Source of the DNA: a virus
Taxonomy: Duplodnaviria; Caudoviricetes
Strand: one strand, 5' to 3'
Length of the DNA: 46,005 bases
IMG/VR virus record: IMGVR_UViG_3300042821_000034
Coordinates: 1-46,005 of that record
Both the position numbers and the translations under genes were made by a program. Under the pieces are notes generated by a model that did not search any database, was not told the DNA's origin, and saw nothing but the letters and a program-made list of their open reading frames with translations. This document shows, one piece after another, positions 26,770 through 34,791 of the stretch. The stretch's first letter is position 1. Each line of letters opens with the position of its first letter.

Positions 26770-28148
26770 GGCAGGATCAAATCCGATGCGTGCCAGGTGC
26801 CCCAGAAGCGGCATCCCGCCAGCGGCGCAGCCGACATCGTCAGCGTGGCGCCGGCGACTGTGAAATCAACCGCCGGTTCCTGGGCGATGCCGTCGATCGA
26901 GACCATCACCTCACCAACCGCGGTGGCGTTGACCGGCTGATCGCCTAAGGTCGGGTTCGGATAGGTCATGGTGAAGATCTTGTTGGTGCCGTCCGGTGTG
27001 GGTGAGATCTTGATCTTGAAAACACTGATCGCGCCCGGCGCGAGCTGGCTGGTCTCGACCAGGAGATCCCACTGCACGATCGAGCCAACCGTCACCGGCG
27101 CTGTGAGATGCAGCGAAGACGTTGCTTTATCGACCGTGTAGTCGATGCCGCCGACCAGGCGTACGCCGTTGAGGTGCACATCGACAGGGTTATCAGTCAC
27201 CAGCGGAATGTTGGCGTTCATATCGGGGCCGGTGAAGACGGTCTGGCCCGCGGTAGCAGTATAAACGTAATTATCCTGATAGGCCGGCGTCAGCTTGACC
27301 GGCGAGGTCCATTGCGTGCCGTCCCAGATGTAGAGCTGGTTGGTTTCGGTGTTGTAGTAGAAGCTGCCGGGCAGCAAAGGATCCGGCGTGATCAGGCCGG
27401 TGCCGGGGTTGGTTTCGCCGGGCATCGGCGGCTCCGGCCAGGCGCCGAGATAGTAGAAATTCCAGTGGCCGACCAGCTGCTGGGCATAAAGCGCCCACCA
27501 TTTCGCGCTCCAGAGGCCGGCCAGGCCGCCTTCGACGGGCTGATAATAGAGGCCGTGGCCGAACGGGTGGCCGGCGATGTAGGCCGGCGCATCCGCAGGG
27601 TTCACCACCGGGCCGGCGAGGTATTCCGCCCACTGGGTGGCCTCGGTATTGGCATGAATCGCGTTGTCGGCCTGGGCGTGGGAGTAATTTGCCGAGTTTT
27701 GGCTCTGGGTGGCGTAATATTCCGACCTGTCGGCGGCGTTCTCGGCGTCATCGAAGGCAGAATTGGCCTGCGCGGACTTGTGCTCGACGGTCGCCAGCGA
27801 CTTGATGGCGGCAAATGCCGCGGTCTCGGCGTCTTTGACGCGCAGATGGACGTCGCGGGCGGTGTGCGACACTTGCTTGGCAGCGGATGCCACCGCAAGC
27901 GAAGTGTCGACCAGGCTGTCTTCCAGGTTTTCCAGTTCGCTGCGCTCGCGGCGCTGATTTGGGGGCACCTTGAGCTGGCCGTCATCGCGGCGGATGTCTT
28001 CCAGCGCCAATTGCGTGGAGTAGATGGCCTCGACCAGGTTGTGGATCTGGACGTCCAGCAGGTCGCCGCGGACCTGGGCGCGCGGCTGGTCGGAAAAAAG
28101 GACGCTTTGACGCGGTCGCACGATGGCTGGCATGCTGAATGGTCCCAT
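26766..28148 (-). CDS. Tail fibre/spike-associated structural protein
   Basis: N-terminal '[11 protein letters not shown]', Ala/Ser coiled coil, '[18 protein letters not shown]', two beta repeats '[10 protein letters not shown]...VHLNGVRL...DYTV' and 'DGTNKIF...[14 protein letters not shown]'. Confidence 0.7.
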   Translation of the reverse strand: MGPFSMPAIVRPRQSVLFSDQPRAQVRGDLLDVQIHNLVEAIYSTQLALEDIRRDDGQLKVPPNQRRERSELENLEDSLVDTSLAVASAAKQVSHTARDVHLRVKDAETAAFAAIKSLATVEHKSAQANSAFDDAENAADRSEYYATQSQNSANYSHAQADNAIHANTEATQWAEYLAGPVVNPADAPAYIAGHPFGHGLYYQPVEGGLAGLWSAKWWALYAQQLVGHWNFYYLGAWPEPPMPGETNPGTGLITPDPLLPGSFYYNTETNQLYIWDGTQWTSPVKLTPAYQDNYVYTATAGQTVFTGPDMNANIPLVTDNPVDVHLNGVRLVGGIDYTVDKATSSLHLTAPVTVGSIVQWDLLVETSQLAPGAISVFKIKISPTPDGTNKIFTMTYPNPTLGDQPVNATAVGEVMVSIDGIAQEPAVDFTVAGATLTMSAAPLAGCRFWGTWHASDLILP

Positions 28149-28200
28149 TCTCGCGCCGTAGTCGATTTATGGCACCCCATACGGCGGAAAGGAAGCCGAC

Positions 28201-28632
28201 ATGTTGCCTGATGATCAGATCCGCGCGCTGGAGATGCTGGAACACGGCAGGCCGCTGAACACCTTGAGCATTCTCTCCCGCGAACTGATCGCCGCCGGGC
28301 TGGCGATGGAGGATTTCGGCTATTTACGGATTACCGAAGCCGGCAGGGTGGCGCTGCGGCGCCGGTTCGTCGCCGATGACGGCCATGTTGCCGATCTGTT
28401 CAGCCATGCCGCCTTCGACCCGGCCAGGTATCCGATGGGCAAGCCGGAAGATCCGCCGGCTGTGGTCGCTGCGAGCGAAGAATTCATCAGCGCACTGGAA
28501 GAATATCTACCCGACGCAGCCGACGTGGAGACGAGGGCGCTGCGAGCCGCCGGAGTTGCGAGTGGAGAGACGGGAACGTGGGTGGATGAGAAGTGGGTGA
28601 AGGCGTTCGTGAGGGAGTTTGTGAAGCAGTAA
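28201..28632 (+). CDS. Hypothetical protein (possible winged-helix N-terminus)
   Basis: AAGGAAG SD; 'ELIAAGLA....LRITEAGRVAL' is wHTH-like; divergent from the late operon. Confidence 0.6.
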   Translation: MLPDDQIRALEMLEHGRPLNTLSILSRELIAAGLAMEDFGYLRITEAGRVALRRRFVADDGHVADLFSHAAFDPARYPMGKPEDPPAVVAASEEFISALEEYLPDAADVETRALRAAGVASGETGTWVDEKWVKAFVREFVKQ

Positions 28633-28727
28633 GCGTTATACCCACACGAACACACCGCCACCCAGCTTCTAACTTCAAAACGTAAAAATTTTGCCGCGCA
28701 GCATAGCGATCGCGGGCGCCACCACAT

Positions 28728-28944
28728 CTGGCCCCCGCCAGGGGGCAGCAGATGATACAGACAAGACAGATGATACTATAATACATACAATACGTATGAT
28801 ACGTATGATATGTATTACATTCCCGCTCGGTCAACTGTCCGTAAAATGGCTGGTTACCGGACAGTTGCGCGCGCGCTTCACTGATATCATTGGGCTTATT
28901 TGATAGGGTTTAGAGCATGCCAACCATCATTTTATGGACAGTTG
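28728..28944. repeat. AT-rich non-coding region with direct and inverted repeats (candidate packaging-initiation region)
   Basis: CAGATGATAC x2 (28749, 28767); ATACGTATG x2 (28790-28807); CAACTGTCCG/CGGACAGTTG inverted repeat (28832-41, 28858-67); a third GGACAGTTG at 28936-44. Confidence 0.6.
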
Positions 28945-29262
28945 TTATCCTAAGCGCTCAATGGCTGCGTCGATCTCGTCAATCGTAAGCTCTGCACCGC
29001 GCTTGCTATCGCGAGCGTTCGCGCTGTCATCAAAATATTCAAGCAATGTGCGACCTGCCGAAGCTTTAGCGGCCGCGCTGGCCGATTCGTCTTTTAAGAC
29101 GGTCAAGAGCGCTTCCTTAACTACATCTCTCAGAGGCTGTATTGTTTCCTGTTTTGCTTGCTCGTTTGAAACGAGACGCACTTGCTCTGCTTTTTGCTTT
29201 TGCTTTCGCATTACGCTTTGCCTCATTGATTCGCGCCGTTGCCTGTAATGCTTTGCCCCCAT
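28945..29262 (-). CDS. Candidate terminase small subunit-like protein
   Basis: Helical 'VVKEALLTVLKDESASAAAKASAGRTLLEY' with the C-terminus 'ELTIDEIDAAIERL'; same strand as, and upstream of, the late operon; start uncertain. Confidence 0.4.
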   Translation of the reverse strand: MGAKHYRQRRESMRQSVMRKQKQKAEQVRLVSNEQAKQETIQPLRDVVKEALLTVLKDESASAAAKASAGRTLLEYFDDSANARDSKRGAELTIDEIDAAIERLG

Positions 29263-29464
29263 GACAATGGCAAACGCTGACGCCTCTCATTGCAATCTTT
29301 GTACAGGGTTGGCCATTGTGCCGTGCTATCGCAATACATTTGCGTCTGTTGCTATGGCCTTTGGTAAAGACATGCTTTGCCATTGCTGCTTTCCAAGCAG
29401 CATTGCCCGATTGCGGCCGCGCTAATCTTTTTTTCAAATTATTTGAATTTTGCTCTTGCATCAT
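29117..29464 (-). CDS. HGGxSTG-like zinc-binding protein
   Basis: 'CIAIARHNGQPCTKIAMRGVSVCHCHGGK' matches the C.A....G.PC...AM....C..HGG pattern. Confidence 0.7.
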   Translation of the reverse strand: MMQEQNSNNLKKRLARPQSGNAAWKAAMAKHVFTKGHSNRRKCIAIARHNGQPCTKIAMRGVSVCHCHGGKALQATARINEAKRNAKAKAKSRASASRFKRASKTGNNTASERCS

Positions 29465-29483
29465 GTGCCAATTGGTATATGTT
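29456..29483 (+). promoter_or_regulatory. Putative sigma70 early promoter
   Basis: TTGCAT-16nt-TATGTT with an AT-rich upstream tract, before the plus-strand early genes. Confidence 0.4.
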
Positions 29484-29538
29484 CATTGCAACGACGCAAC
29501 GGCGCGCCGCAAACCTTTAACATGAAACGGAATATATC

Positions 29539-30201
29539 ATGCTTGTAAAAGACGCTATCGCGATTGCAGGTCCCCTTGGTTATCCGGCCAAAATGCCTGG
29601 CACATCCTACGGCATTTCAGCCAAATCCTGCATTGTCGGCGCAAAGCTTGCGCAGGTTAAAGGTTCGACCTGTTCAGGATGCTATGCGCTCAAGGGCAAT
29701 TACATCTTTCCGTCCGTCCGTATGGCGCATGCCAAACGCGAAGCGGGCATCACTAATCCGGCTTGGACCGGCGCAATGGTCGCGCTCTTACGGGCGGCAC
29801 ATAAACCCAACAAAAAAGGCGTTCAATTGCCTCCGTTTCATCGTTGGCACGATTCGGGAGATTTGCAATCGGTCGATCACCTAACCAAGATTTGCGCAGT
29901 AGCAGCGCTAACGCCTGAATTGAGCCATTGGTTACCTACACGCGAAATCGGAATCCTGACGGCATACGTCAAAGCCGGTGGTGTGGTTCCCGCTAACCTG
30001 ACAATTCGCGTTAGCGCGACCATGGTCGACGGCAACGCCACTAAGGTTTGGCCGATCACGTCAACCGTGCACAAGCGCAACGAAGCGCAAGGTTGGGATT
30101 GCCCGGCAATCCATCGTAAAGGCGACGATAAAGGCAAATGCGCAGATTGCCGGATGTGCTGGAATCGCGATGTGGCGAACGTGAGCTATCACCAACACTA
30201 A
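29539..30201 (+). CDS. GP88-family Cys-rich phage protein
   Basis: 'KMPGTSYGISAKSC..GAKL....GSTCSGCYA', 'RWHDSGD', 'HWLPTRE', 'NLTIRVS', 'CPA...CADCRMCW'. Confidence 0.8.
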   Translation: MLVKDAIAIAGPLGYPAKMPGTSYGISAKSCIVGAKLAQVKGSTCSGCYALKGNYIFPSVRMAHAKREAGITNPAWTGAMVALLRAAHKPNKKGVQLPPFHRWHDSGDLQSVDHLTKICAVAALTPELSHWLPTREIGILTAYVKAGGVVPANLTIRVSATMVDGNATKVWPITSTVHKRNEAQGWDCPAIHRKGDDKGKCADCRMCWNRDVANVSYHQH

Positions 30202-30285
30202 ACCACCAACCATAGACTTCACGGCCAGCACCGAAAGGTTACTGGCCTTGAGGCATTAGTAAAAACCACGAAAGGAAACCGGACT

Positions 30286-30519
30286 ATGAAACAGATAGCG
30301 GAAGATATGAACCTTTGGCGAGCGGACGCCGCAGGCGAAGCACTGGAACGATTTACTGAAATAGCAGGCGGTGATTTGCACGCAGAACGCGAGGACATGA
30401 TCGGCGACCTGCTCTGTAATCTAGGCCACTACTGCGATTTGCATAAGCTTGATTGGGAGAAACTAGTAACGCGCGCTCGCGCTAACATTGAACACGAAAG
30501 AAAATACCCTAACGATTAA
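30286..30519 (+). CDS. Small helical early protein
   Basis: AAGGA SD; 'IGDLLCNLGHYCD' pattern common in phage early proteins. Confidence 0.7.
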   Translation: MKQIAEDMNLWRADAAGEALERFTEIAGGDLHAEREDMIGDLLCNLGHYCDLHKLDWEKLVTRARANIEHERKYPND

Positions 30520-30634
30520 ACTAAGCCGGAATCGCCTACTCCTCGCTAAGAAGACGCCTTCAGTTCGCGGCCAGCCTCTCGGCGATTCCGTTTCGCGAGC
30601 GTAGTTCACCATAAGCTTTACGCCAGGCAGTAGC

Positions 30635-30662
30635 AAACAGGAAACAGGAAACAGGAAACAGG
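30635..30662 (+). repeat. (AAACAGG)x4 tandem repeat in a 5' UTR
   Basis: Four perfect copies ending 3 nt before the ATG at 30666. Confidence 0.9.
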
Positions 30663-30665
30663 ACC

Positions 30666-30959
30666 ATGACCGAAGCCCTCGCGACCATGACGCAAACCAT
30701 ATGGAATTCCCTGTCGGCAGCGAAGCGCGACCAGTTGCGTAGCAATGCTGGCCTGAGCCGGCAGCTGATCGGCCTGGAAGGCCACCGCGTCGAAGTGGTC
30801 GACCATGACGGCGGTATCCGACGCTTCATCGTCGGCCGCTCGACCGGCTGGATACCGTGCCACACGGAGCTAAAGCGCCGCACCTCGACCGGAGGCGTAG
30901 CCGCCAACAAAGAATACCGCGCAGTCCGAGACCTCGGCAGCGCCAGGAAAGGAGCTTAA
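30666..30959 (+). CDS. Hypothetical early protein
   Basis: 'LIGLEGHRVEVVD...RRFIVGRSTGWIPCH'; operon position. Confidence 0.75.
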   Translation: MTEALATMTQTIWNSLSAAKRDQLRSNAGLSRQLIGLEGHRVEVVDHDGGIRRFIVGRSTGWIPCHTELKRRTSTGGVAANKEYRAVRDLGSARKGA

Positions 30960-30962
30960 ACC

Positions 30963-31262
30963 ATGACCCTATCGACCACAGCCAAGACAGCCCTGGCCGC
31001 AGCCTATGCAACCCGCGGTCCCAACCGCGGACAGCTCCTGGCGAAGTGCCCGCGCTCGGAGACGCTGGCCGCAGCCGCCTGGCAGGGAGCCATGCTTTCG
31101 GTGAACCCGTACAAGGCCTCGATCGGAGCCATGCTGTTCATGACCGCAGAGCAGCGCGCAGTCCGTGACGAAGTCCTCGCCCACTTCGACGCCCTGCCCA
31201 GGGAGTACCGGATCCTGGCGCAGCGCGACCGCGAAGCGCTGGAGGCGCTCGGCGTATGGTAA
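30963..31262 (+). CDS. Hypothetical early protein
   Basis: AAGGAG SD; 99 aa. Confidence 0.75.
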   Translation: MTLSTTAKTALAAAYATRGPNRGQLLAKCPRSETLAAAAWQGAMLSVNPYKASIGAMLFMTAEQRAVRDEVLAHFDALPREYRILAQRDREALEALGVW

Positions 31263-31468
31263 AGCCCAGGCCCGTAGTCATGACCGCAGAGCGCTTCATC
31301 GAGGGCCTGGCGGCCCTCGGCTACAACGTCAACACCGCAAACCAGCTCCTCGGCATCGGCCGGACCTCGGTCTACCGCATCAGCAAAGGCGGTGCCGAAG
31401 TCCCCATGGTAGTCGCCAAGCTGATGGACATGTACGAGCGCCACGGGATCCCGGAGGAGCACCGCTAA
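31256..31468 (+). CDS. Small HTH DNA-binding protein
   Basis: 'MTAERF...LGYNVNTANQLLGIGRTSVYRISKG...VP..VAKL' is a Cro/C1-type HTH. Confidence 0.75.
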   Translation: MVKPRPVVMTAERFIEGLAALGYNVNTANQLLGIGRTSVYRISKGGAEVPMVVAKLMDMYERHGIPEEHR

Positions 31469-31551
31469 TGCTGACCACCTTCCTGACATACACCGCCGTA
31501 GCCATAGCCGTGCTATTGGTCTGCGAACTATTCAACGAAGCCAACTGGTAG
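31468..31551 (+). CDS. 27-aa single-TM microprotein
   Basis: MLTTFLTYTAVAIAVLLVCELFNEANW; TAATG coupling and GGAGGAG SD; followed by a terminator. Confidence 0.65.
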   Translation: MLTTFLTYTAVAIAVLLVCELFNEANW

Positions 31552-31552
31552 C

Positions 31553-31580
31553 AAAACCCGGCCTTTCGGCCGGGTTTTTT
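31553..31580 (+). terminator. Intrinsic (probably bidirectional) terminator
   Basis: AAAACCCGGCC-TTTC-GGCCGGGTTTTTT. Confidence 0.9.
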
Positions 31581-31623
31581 CGATGGCCATATGGAAAAAA
31601 CGTAGCAAAATCAACGGTGGTCA

Positions 31624-31754
31624 GGGGCCATACCCCCATAGCACCCCATATTGGACCACGCGGGAGCGATTTTGAAGAACGGAACGAGAACGAGTATAAA
31701 TGAAGGTTTAAGGGTATACGGACCGTAGTTGGGGGTACGTGGGGGTATGGCCCC
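31624..31754. other. Candidate replication origin: inverted repeats around an A-rich core
   Basis: GGGGCCATACCCCCA (31624-38) and TGGGGGTATGGCCCC (31740-54) form a perfect 15-bp inverted repeat, extendable imperfectly to 25 bp; immediately downstream of the primase-helicase gene. Confidence 0.6.
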
Positions 31755-31770
31755 CCCCCGAGCGTTGATT

Positions 31771-34374
31771 TCATTCAGGTTTTTTGGTTGTCGCCTTCGT
31801 GCGAAGTGTCGGCCTTTCGGTCGCTTCTGCGCACCACAATACCTCTCCGCTGCGTTCCTGCTTCGTAAAGCGCATCCCATTAATCCACTGGTCCTTGTAG
31901 TGCCGCATCTTCTGACCGAGCGCGTTGACGTTAATGCTCATCCGGTGCGCCTCGGGGTTGGTCCCCTGCACCGCCGCCCGCAGCTCTGGGTAGGTGTACG
32001 GCATAGCCCCCTCGATCCGCATCCCGGCAGTCCGCTCGTCACACTTAACGACAACATCCCGAAGCAGCATCGGCCGCTTGCCGAAGGTGTTGCGCCAGGC
32101 CGTCAGCAGCGCCTCCTGGGCCTGCCGGTGCGGGTCCTCGGCCCTGGCGTCATCCATGGTCTCGACGCAGTCGGCCTCCCCAAGCCAGGCCAGCGCCGAC
32201 CTGACGGTATCGGACCAGCCGTTGAAGCTGCCGATCTGCGGCTTCTTCCCCGGCCGGCCGGCGACCTGGTAGGCGCGGCAGATGACCAGGCAAGCCGCCA
32301 CATACTTGCCCCTGTCGGCAAGGATCAGCGCTGCCGGGTCCTTGGTGAACTGCCGCTTCTCCGGCCGATCCACGCCGGCATCGAGGCGGCCGGTCACCAC
32401 CCGGCGGTAGACATCGCCCACCAGGGTGAAGTTGTTGCCATTGGCGAAGATGGACATCGACCGCCCGTCCACCTCGATCAGCTTGGACTGCCCGAGAATC
32501 CGCACGTTGGGGCGTACCTGCTCGATCAGCTGGCACAGCGCGTCACCGCCCAGCTCCCCCTCGACGTTGTCGATGCAGATCAAGGTCTGGCCAGCGATCA
32601 CTGCAGCCCCGAGCCGCTTCTCGGTCTCCTCCACGGTCTTGCCGGCCGACATCACCGGCATCGGCTGCCCGGTCGAGATCAAGCTGACAGTCGAAAGAAG
32701 GTAGCTTTTGCCCGTGCCCGCTGCCGGAGCGTCGATCGCGTGCATGGGCACCACCGGATAGGCGCCCCGGCACACCGTCGATACGATCGCCGACAGCGCC
32801 ACCGCCCGCGCGGTGCAGCTGTCGCCGCCGGCATCCACGAACGGGAATTCCGACAGCATGTCCTTCAACACCGCGAGCGCTTCGCGGGCGTCTTCGTAGG
32901 TTGGCTTCTCTGGGATCTCCTTCATGGCCGGCGGATCGATCAAGAGCAGCTGCGTGGCCGGGTCGTAGCCTGGCGTAGCCAGGATGCTGCCGTCCGGCCG
33001 CAACGTCTGCGTGGTGATCAATCCGGCCAGCACCCGGAACGGCCAGTCGCCGAACTTGGCCAGCACCACAAGGCAGACGCTCATCGGCGGGTTGGCCGGC
33101 ACCCACCTGTTCTCCGTCTTATTCCACTTCACCCACTCGGCGATCCGCGACAGCGTATCCGCCATGTAGTGCGAATTGACCTCAACCAACCGCGTAGCGA
33201 ACGTCGGCTCGTTGTTGAACGATTGCACCTCCAGCACCGTCGGCCGCACCAGCATGCCGCCGCGCTGGTAGAACGGCTCTTCGGCGTCGATCAGCGCCTG
33301 CATCGCCTGGTCGACCATCTCATCCAGCTTCCCGTAGCGGATCACCGGCCGGCCCTTCGGCTTGCCCTTCTTGATCTCGGCGCCGGACGCCTTCACTTCC
33401 TCCGCAAACCCCGCCAGCAACTCCTCGAATTCAGCTGCGCCGGATTCGGGATCTGGAATGCTCCACTTCTCGCGCGCACCATCGATCAGCTTCTGCGCAT
33501 CGTCGCGGCCCCAGCCGTCGATATAGGCCGCCGAGCACAGCTCATGGATTTCCGCATCCGTCTTCATCTTGCCAACCAGCGAAGACGTCGCGCTGCGGAT
33601 GTTGTGATGCCACTGCTTGTCGCCGTTGGCAGTCAGTTCGCACGCGGTCGAGATCAGCTTGCTGATGTCATCGTCAGTATAACCTGGCGTGGCCGTGTCA
33701 TCCTGCGCAGCCGAAGCCTTGCGCCTCTTCTTGACCTTCGCCGGCGCACCGATCGCGCCCGCGTCCAGATCGTCAGCCAGGTCTACAAAGTCGCCGTCGA
33801 TTACTTCAACGTGATGCGCCGGGTTATGGTCAACGCTGCCGAAGTAGTAGCTCTGCGACAGCACAAACGATTCCGCGGTGGATGCGCCCTTCAATATGCC
33901 GTTGACGCGCGCCGCCAGCTTGTAGCGTTCAGTAGCCGGCCGCGGTTCCGACGTCGGCGTCAGGATCCGCCACTTCTCCTTCGGCGGCTCGCCAGTGTTG
34001 TCATCGACCAGGTGCGAGGGCGAGGTGTAGATCATGCAGCGGATGCCGGCCGCCCGCATCAAGGCGGCCGCCTCATCGAAGCTCATCCGCCCCGAATCGT
34101 GTTCGTTCTCGACACCTGAGATCGTCAGCACGTTGGCATCGTGCCGCAGCGAACCCTTCGCCGTCATGGTGCCGCCGAATTCCGCCAGCTTGATCCACGG
34201 CAACAGGTTCTTGCGGATGCGGTTTTCCCTGACTACCATCTCCGCGATTTCGTGCAGCGTCATGTCCCACACCTCGCAGGTTTTGGCCGCGAAGTTGTGG
34301 AACATCGTAATCGCTATGGTGTGGCGCTCGATTGTATAGTCTTGCATCGTGGTGCCGGATTGCTTATCAGTCAT
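31771..34374 (-). CDS. Primase-helicase (AEP-like N-terminus + P-loop ATPase)
   Basis: 'GSLRHDANV...GVENEHD...IYTSPSH...KWRIL' primase motifs; Walker A 'APAAGTGKS', Walker B 'ICIDN', 'FANGNN'; AGGAG SD. Confidence 0.85.
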   Translation of the reverse strand: MTDKQSGTTMQDYTIERHTIAITMFHNFAAKTCEVWDMTLHEIAEMVVRENRIRKNLLPWIKLAEFGGTMTAKGSLRHDANVLTISGVENEHDSGRMSFDEAAALMRAAGIRCMIYTSPSHLVDDNTGEPPKEKWRILTPTSEPRPATERYKLAARVNGILKGASTAESFVLSQSYYFGSVDHNPAHHVEVIDGDFVDLADDLDAGAIGAPAKVKKRRKASAAQDDTATPGYTDDDISKLISTACELTANGDKQWHHNIRSATSSLVGKMKTDAEIHELCSAAYIDGWGRDDAQKLIDGAREKWSIPDPESGAAEFEELLAGFAEEVKASGAEIKKGKPKGRPVIRYGKLDEMVDQAMQALIDAEEPFYQRGGMLVRPTVLEVQSFNNEPTFATRLVEVNSHYMADTLSRIAEWVKWNKTENRWVPANPPMSVCLVVLAKFGDWPFRVLAGLITTQTLRPDGSILATPGYDPATQLLLIDPPAMKEIPEKPTYEDAREALAVLKDMLSEFPFVDAGGDSCTARAVALSAIVSTVCRGAYPVVPMHAIDAPAAGTGKSYLLSTVSLISTGQPMPVMSAGKTVEETEKRLGAAVIAGQTLICIDNVEGELGGDALCQLIEQVRPNVRILGQSKLIEVDGRSMSIFANGNNFTLVGDVYRRVVTGRLDAGVDRPEKRQFTKDPAALILADRGKYVAACLVICRAYQVAGRPGKKPQIGSFNGWSDTVRSALAWLGEADCVETMDDARAEDPHRQAQEALLTAWRNTFGKRPMLLRDVVVKCDERTAGMRIEGAMPYTYPELRAAVQGTNPEAHRMSINVNALGQKMRHYKDQWINGMRFTKQERSGEVLWCAEATERPTLRTKATTKKPE

Positions 34375-34427
34375 CTGTTGCTCCTATCGGTTGATGGGTT
34401 GTTTCCACTCCGGGATGGGTTGGAAAT

Positions 34428-34457
34428 TAAAGGCCGCGGCGAAAGCCGCGGCCTTTA
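34428..34457 (-). terminator. 13-bp perfect hairpin between the VRR-NUC and primase genes
   Basis: TAAAGGCCGCGGC-GAAA-GCCGCGGCCTTTA; on the minus strand the stem ends in TTTA and is followed by ATTT. Confidence 0.65.
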
Positions 34458-34727
34458 GTCATTTAGCAGCGCGTCAATATCCGCCGAATTCGAAACCACG
34501 CAAGCCACTGCCCCTAGTGCTGTATAGATCCTGATACGCTCTATCTGGTGTGGCGACAGCCGGCCGCCTTGCGGCCGCTTGCACTCCACGAACAGGACGC
34601 GGCCGCCAGGCAATAGCACCAGCCGGTCGAAGAACCCCCGGTTGCCCAGCACCTGCACCTTCTCGGCCCGCCCGCCCAGCGCCCGCACCCTGCGCACCAG
34701 CTCGTTCTCGATTGCGTTTTCTTTCAC
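34455..34727 (-). CDS. VRR-NUC domain nuclease
   Basis: 'ENAIENEL...GFFDRLVLLPGGRVLFVECKRPQGGRLSPHQ'; the GTG start is estimated. Confidence 0.9.
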   Translation of the reverse strand: MKENAIENELVRRVRALGGRAEKVQVLGNRGFFDRLVLLPGGRVLFVECKRPQGGRLSPHQIERIRIYTALGAVACVVSNSADIDALLND

Positions 34728-34791
34728 AGATAATTTGACAGTCACCTGAATCCGTGTCCTTCTGTCTTCATTGATTTGAACAGAGGATAAC

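Noticed and set aside
31729-34119. 796-aa plus-strand ORF
   Set aside because: Antisense shadow of the primase-helicase gene in GC-rich DNA; no motifs.
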